From Antechinus flavipes (taxonomy: Eukaryota), in the NCBI RefSeq assembly GCF_016432865.1, contig NC_067401.1:190526001-190590000 (forward strand): a stretch of 64,000 nucleotides of DNA, given 5' to 3'. Below are positions 60,190 to 64,000 of this stretch, in pieces; position 1 is the first letter of the stretch, and every line of letters begins with the position of its first letter. Made by a program: the position numbers and the translations under genes. The notes beneath the pieces were generated by a model. The model was not told the origin of the DNA. It was given only the letters and a program-made list of their open reading frames with translations, and ran no database searches.

Positions 60190-60358
60190 CTGGAGGACAG
60201 AGGCAGTGGAATGTAGCAAGCAGGTCAGGACAAGTGCTGCCAGGGCCACTCATTGTGGTCCCTCTCATAGCGGGAGCCTATATAGCCTAGGGAGCAGAGA
60301 CCATTGAAGGTGTTCATGCAAGAACTGCCATGTTCACAGGGACTAAGGCTTTGGTGGA
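60190..60358 (-). pseudogene. NOTCH4: NOTCH4 exon 8 remnant
   Basis: SPCEHGSSCMNT-FNGLCSLGYIGSRYERDHNE, frameshift, PGSTCPDLLATFHCLCPP. The acceptor reads GG. 169 nt versus about 195 in human. Confidence 0.88.
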
Positions 60359-60654
60359 CCAAGAAAAGAGTGGAATGTATTTTAGGGGACAATGAAGAAG
60401 ATATATAAAGATGAGGAGGGCATATGGATAGGGAATAGAAACAGGAAAATGGAAACATATTTGATAAGGAACCTGATGATATAGTGGTGTAATAGATTTC
60501 TATACTAGATTTGGGATCAGAGGATTCCAGTTCTGGCAGTGTGATTTCATTTAACTTAAGCCTCACTTTCCTTATCTGCAAAAGAAGGGGAAGGACTAGA
60601 CTACATTACTCTCTGAAACTTCTTTCCAGTTCAGTCCATGATATTAAAAATAAC

Positions 60655-60890
60655 TTTTGTTTTTGGAGTTATGTCTGACTCTTTGTGATCCTATTTGGAG
60701 TTTTCTTGGGAAATGTATTAGAATGGCTTGCCTCTTTTTTTGAGTCATTTTAAAGATGAGGAAAATGAGGCAAACAGGATGGCATGACTTTCCCAGAGTC
60801 ACATAGCTGTAGTAAGTATCTGAGACTGGATTTGAACGTAGGTCTTCCTGACTCTAGGCCCTATCTACTGTACTACTTAGCTGTCCAAAT
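60655..60890 (-). mobile_element. Mar1/CORE-SINE
   Basis: Reverse complement of the SINE head (GGATTTGAAC..GGTCTTCCTGACTC) and core. Confidence 0.65.
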
Positions 60891-61656
60891 AATGATTTTA
60901 AATAGTACTTTATGGTTTTCAAATTGCTTTTCTCATGCTCAGTGAAGAAGATAGTACAAATCTTATAGGAAGGAAATTGAAACCTTCAAGCAAGGACGGA
61001 AACAAGCATTTATTAAGAATTTACTATGTGCCAGACATTGTGCTAAGTGCTTTACAAATATGTCATTTGATTTTCACAACAATCTTGGAAGATAAGTACC
61101 ATTATTATCCCCATTTTATAATTGAGGAAACTGAGGCAGGGAGAAACTTGCTCATGGTTGCAGAGTTAAGTCTGAAAATATATTTGAATTCTTGTTCAAA
61201 GCAGAAAGCTTCTAGACCCAGGGCTCTATCTACTGTGTCACCTAGCTGCCTTACCATTTAAGAGATTATAAGTGAATTATCCAAGGTCCATTAGCTGGAA
61301 GAGTCATGTCTTTTTATTCTGGCTCCAGTGCCCTTTCCATTATACCACATTGCCTTTGTGGGGGATGGAGAAGAGGAAATGTCTCTCTGTGGGGATGTTA
61401 AAGGTAATGTCCAAAGGGGATTAAACAGCAGAAAATCAAAGGGGAGAGTATAGAGTAAAGATGTAATGGCTTGGAAAAATTCCAGAAATATTCAGGGAAA
61501 AAAAGGTGTGCTTTTTTTCTCCTGGGAAACTGGAAAAACCTGAGAAAGTATAGGAAAATCTAATTTTCTATCCTTGGCTTTTCTATTTCTTCCGTGGGAA
61601 ATGGAGGGGGGTGGGAGGTCAGCTTAGCTGTAGAATTGAATACTGAGGTTTCTCAC

Positions 61657-61808
61657 CCATCTGACATTCATCCAGATCCTGGTGTCAGGTGGGCCCCGGA
61701 GTAGCCAGTCTGACATAAAGTATGACTCCTGAGATGGGATTGGTACTATGTTGGGCTTTGGGGTGGCAGGGCTGACTCAGACATATATCCTGTAGCTGCA
61801 CAGAAGAC
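61657..61808 (-). pseudogene. NOTCH4: NOTCH4 exon 7 remnant
   Basis: LLC/LQDICLSQPCHPKAQHSTNPISG/CQTGYSG/PT*HQDLDECQM with several frameshifts and TGA at 61687-61685. 152 nt versus about 156 in human. Confidence 0.88.
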
Positions 61809-61821
61809 CTAGAGTGGGAAG

Positions 61822-61822
<1 letters not shown>

Positions 61823-61877
<55 letters not shown>
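61823..61877. repeat. (GA)n microsatellite
   Basis: Perfect run; it explains the ERERER track ORF. Confidence 0.95.
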
Positions 61878-61880
<3 letters not shown>

Positions 61881-62759
61881 GACTGTGTTCCTTATGTTAC
61901 TTTATATCCTTTCTAGAGGTTTCTGAATCTTCCTGCTTACTCCTTGTCACTCCCTATTTTTCTTTTTTCTTTTCCTATTCCTCCCCCAGTCTTCTGCTTT
62001 TATATTCTCCCATCTTCCCATTTCTTTTTTGTGATCTTCCTGTGACTCCTTGTGTAACTCATTATCTTTTCCTCATAATTTACCTTTCTTCCCAATTGCT
62101 CTGTTTCTGTTGAAGAAATCACTATTCTTCCAATCTCTTAGGTCTATGAACTTGGTGTTTTTTTCAAATCTTCACCTTTGGCCCTTATTGCCTCTTGCTT
62201 CTATTACTATAGCATTTTCCTCATTGTTCTGCCTGTCCTGATTTCCTGTTCCTGTCCAACTTACACATTGCTGCCAAAGAGATTTTTCCTTAAATGTACA
62301 TTTGACATAGCACTTTCCTATTCAGTCAATTTCAATGATTCCCTGTAGTCTCTAAGATCAATATAAACTTTTCTCTTCAGCTTTTAGAACCCTACACAAC
62401 CTGTTCACAACCTGTGTTTCTAGACTCACTGGATATTACTCCTCTTCCTGCATGTTTTAGTCTAGCCAAACTGGCTTTCTTTTTGTTCCTCACATGTAAC
62501 ACTCCATCATCCCATTCATACTTTTGCACTAGCTATGTAGCCCTTGCCTAGAATGTAATTCTTAACTCTGCCTAAGAGAATTTCTCTTTGCCTTCAGAAT
62601 ATCTAACTCTAGTATCACCTTCTGCATGAAACCTTTTTTGATCCCCATTAGCTATGAGTGCCCTCCTTCCCAAACTTATGTTGCTGTTCAGTGATTTCTA
62701 GCTCTGTGTGATGCCATGGACTTTGGCTAACAGATTTTCTTGGTAAAGATATTGGAATG

Positions 62760-63340
62760 TATTTTGGGCCAGAACTCTGCACTTGAAACCAGGATTCTTA
62801 CAAGGTGTTAAGTTAGTGGAATTGATAAGTCAATGGTTATCTAGTTTAGCACAGTGGTTAATAGTTCTCTAGTTCAGTACATGTACTTAGTACTTAATAT
62901 AGGTCTATAAGATTGATACTTATTCTACAAGATTGACACCTATGATGATGTAATTATAATAGAGCATATAAAGCTGGGACACTCAGCCAGCCAGATTCAC
63001 TCCATCTCACACCACTGTGGTGGCAGACCTGTCCTCCTTCATTTCTCCACTGAGACCAAGACTCAGGAAGGCCTCCAAGAAAGCTAGCCTGAGCCCCAGG
63101 CAAGGAGACAGACTCAGAGAGACATTCCATCTTTGATCGGGCTCCTGGTGGGTCTCCTTCATTTCTACAGTGAAACCAAGTCCGGTCTGAAAGACCTTCA
63201 GAAAGCTGGTCCAGGCCCCAAGCAAGAAAACTAGACTTTTTAAAGGAGGCAATAAAGGTTTTGGACTTTATCCCTGGCCATTCTCATGGCGATTACTCGG
63301 CTGAAACAAAGGCTGCTCCAAGACCAACCAGAACATTACA
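62760..63340 (+). mobile_element. Solo ERV LTR, 581 bp, same family as 54760-55275
   Basis: TATTTTGGGCCAGAACT...ACATTACA (terminal TG mutated) with a 6-bp TSD GGAATG (62754-62759, 63341-63346). Confidence 0.85.
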
Positions 63341-63808
63341 GGAATGAATTCTCATTTCCTTTTCCAGTGTGTCCCCATTTTACAGATGAGGAACTGAGGC
63401 AAAAAGGGTAAAGTGATTTGCCCAGGGTTACATAGCTAGTCTCTGAGGCCAGATTTGACTCAGATCTTCCTGATTCCAGCCCAGCACTCAATCTACTGCT
63501 TTCCCAAAACAAGTCAATACTTAATTATTTTGTATCCTCTTTACATTAATTTTCCATTAATTCAAGATCCCTTATATTCATGTGTTCCTATGCCCATACC
63601 ATTGCCTCCTGAGTTTTCCCAATGTCCTTTTATCAATCAATAAACATTAGGTACCTACCATGTACCAGGCAGTGTACCTTTCATATCTCCTTTTCTTCCC
63701 CTATAGCCTCATATTTCTATGACTCTTACAATGAGATGGAGAGAGGAAAAAAGGCATTTGTTAAATGTCCATCTCCCTCACTCCCACAATGTCCCTTCAG
63801 CTTTGTAC

Positions 63809-63980
63809 CTATGAGACCTGCGGGACAGAGGCAAGGGAAGGAGCCCATCCTATCAATACATGTAGATCCCCAGGCATAGGTGGCAGAAGCACAGGTTTTC
63901 CTCATAGTTTGAGTTTCCCCAGTCCCCAAAGGGAACACAGTTTCATGCCCCCAGATTGAAGTAGTTACAGAAGTCTGAGA
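63809..63980 (-). pseudogene. NOTCH4: NOTCH4 exon 6 remnant
   Basis: EENL, frameshift, CASATYAWGSTCIDRMGSFPCLCPAGLIG|GT. Probable stop at 63945-63943. The 5' boundary is uncertain near the window edge. Confidence 0.8.
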
Positions 63981-64000
63981 TCTTTGCCCCTTTTTCCCCA

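Larger units (their letters stand above)
40743..64000 (-). pseudogene. NOTCH4: NOTCH4 unitary pseudogene (exon 6 to 30 remnants; 5' part lies beyond the window)
   Basis: Syntenic position next to GPSM3. Colinear EGF, LNR, TM, RAM and ankyrin exon remnants carry many stops, frameshifts and dead splice sites (see the individual remnants). Confidence 0.93.

Noticed and set aside
54760-63340. The two related LTRs as the ends of one provirus
   Set aside because: Each has its own different TSD, and the interval holds NOTCH4 exon remnants and L1s, with no gag, pol or env recognised.

Overview
Mammalian MHC class III window, almost certainly from a marsupial (WSINE1/Mar1 CORE-SINEs and marsupial-type L1 3' ends; an Australian, possibly dasyurid, origin is inference). 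Gene order matches the eutherian locus: PPT2(+), EGFL8(+), AGPAT1(-), RNF5(+), AGER(-), PBX2(-), GPSM3(-), then the NOTCH4 position (-). I rebuilt PPT2, EGFL8, AGPAT1, RNF5, PBX2 and GPSM3 exon by exon; all have canonical GT-AG junctions and full-length frames. The main result is that NOTCH4 is a decayed unitary pseudogene here. About 12 exon remnants carry stops, frameshifts and dead splice sites, roughly 13 internal exons are not recognisable, and the introns hold L1s and solo LTRs. A CpG island with promoter motifs survives over the dead terminal exons. AGER has open exons but two non-canonical splice sites (intron 1 acceptor, intron 6 donor GT>AT). All human comparisons and exon numbers are recalled from memory, not computed alignments. 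No rRNA, tRNA or CRISPR features are supported.
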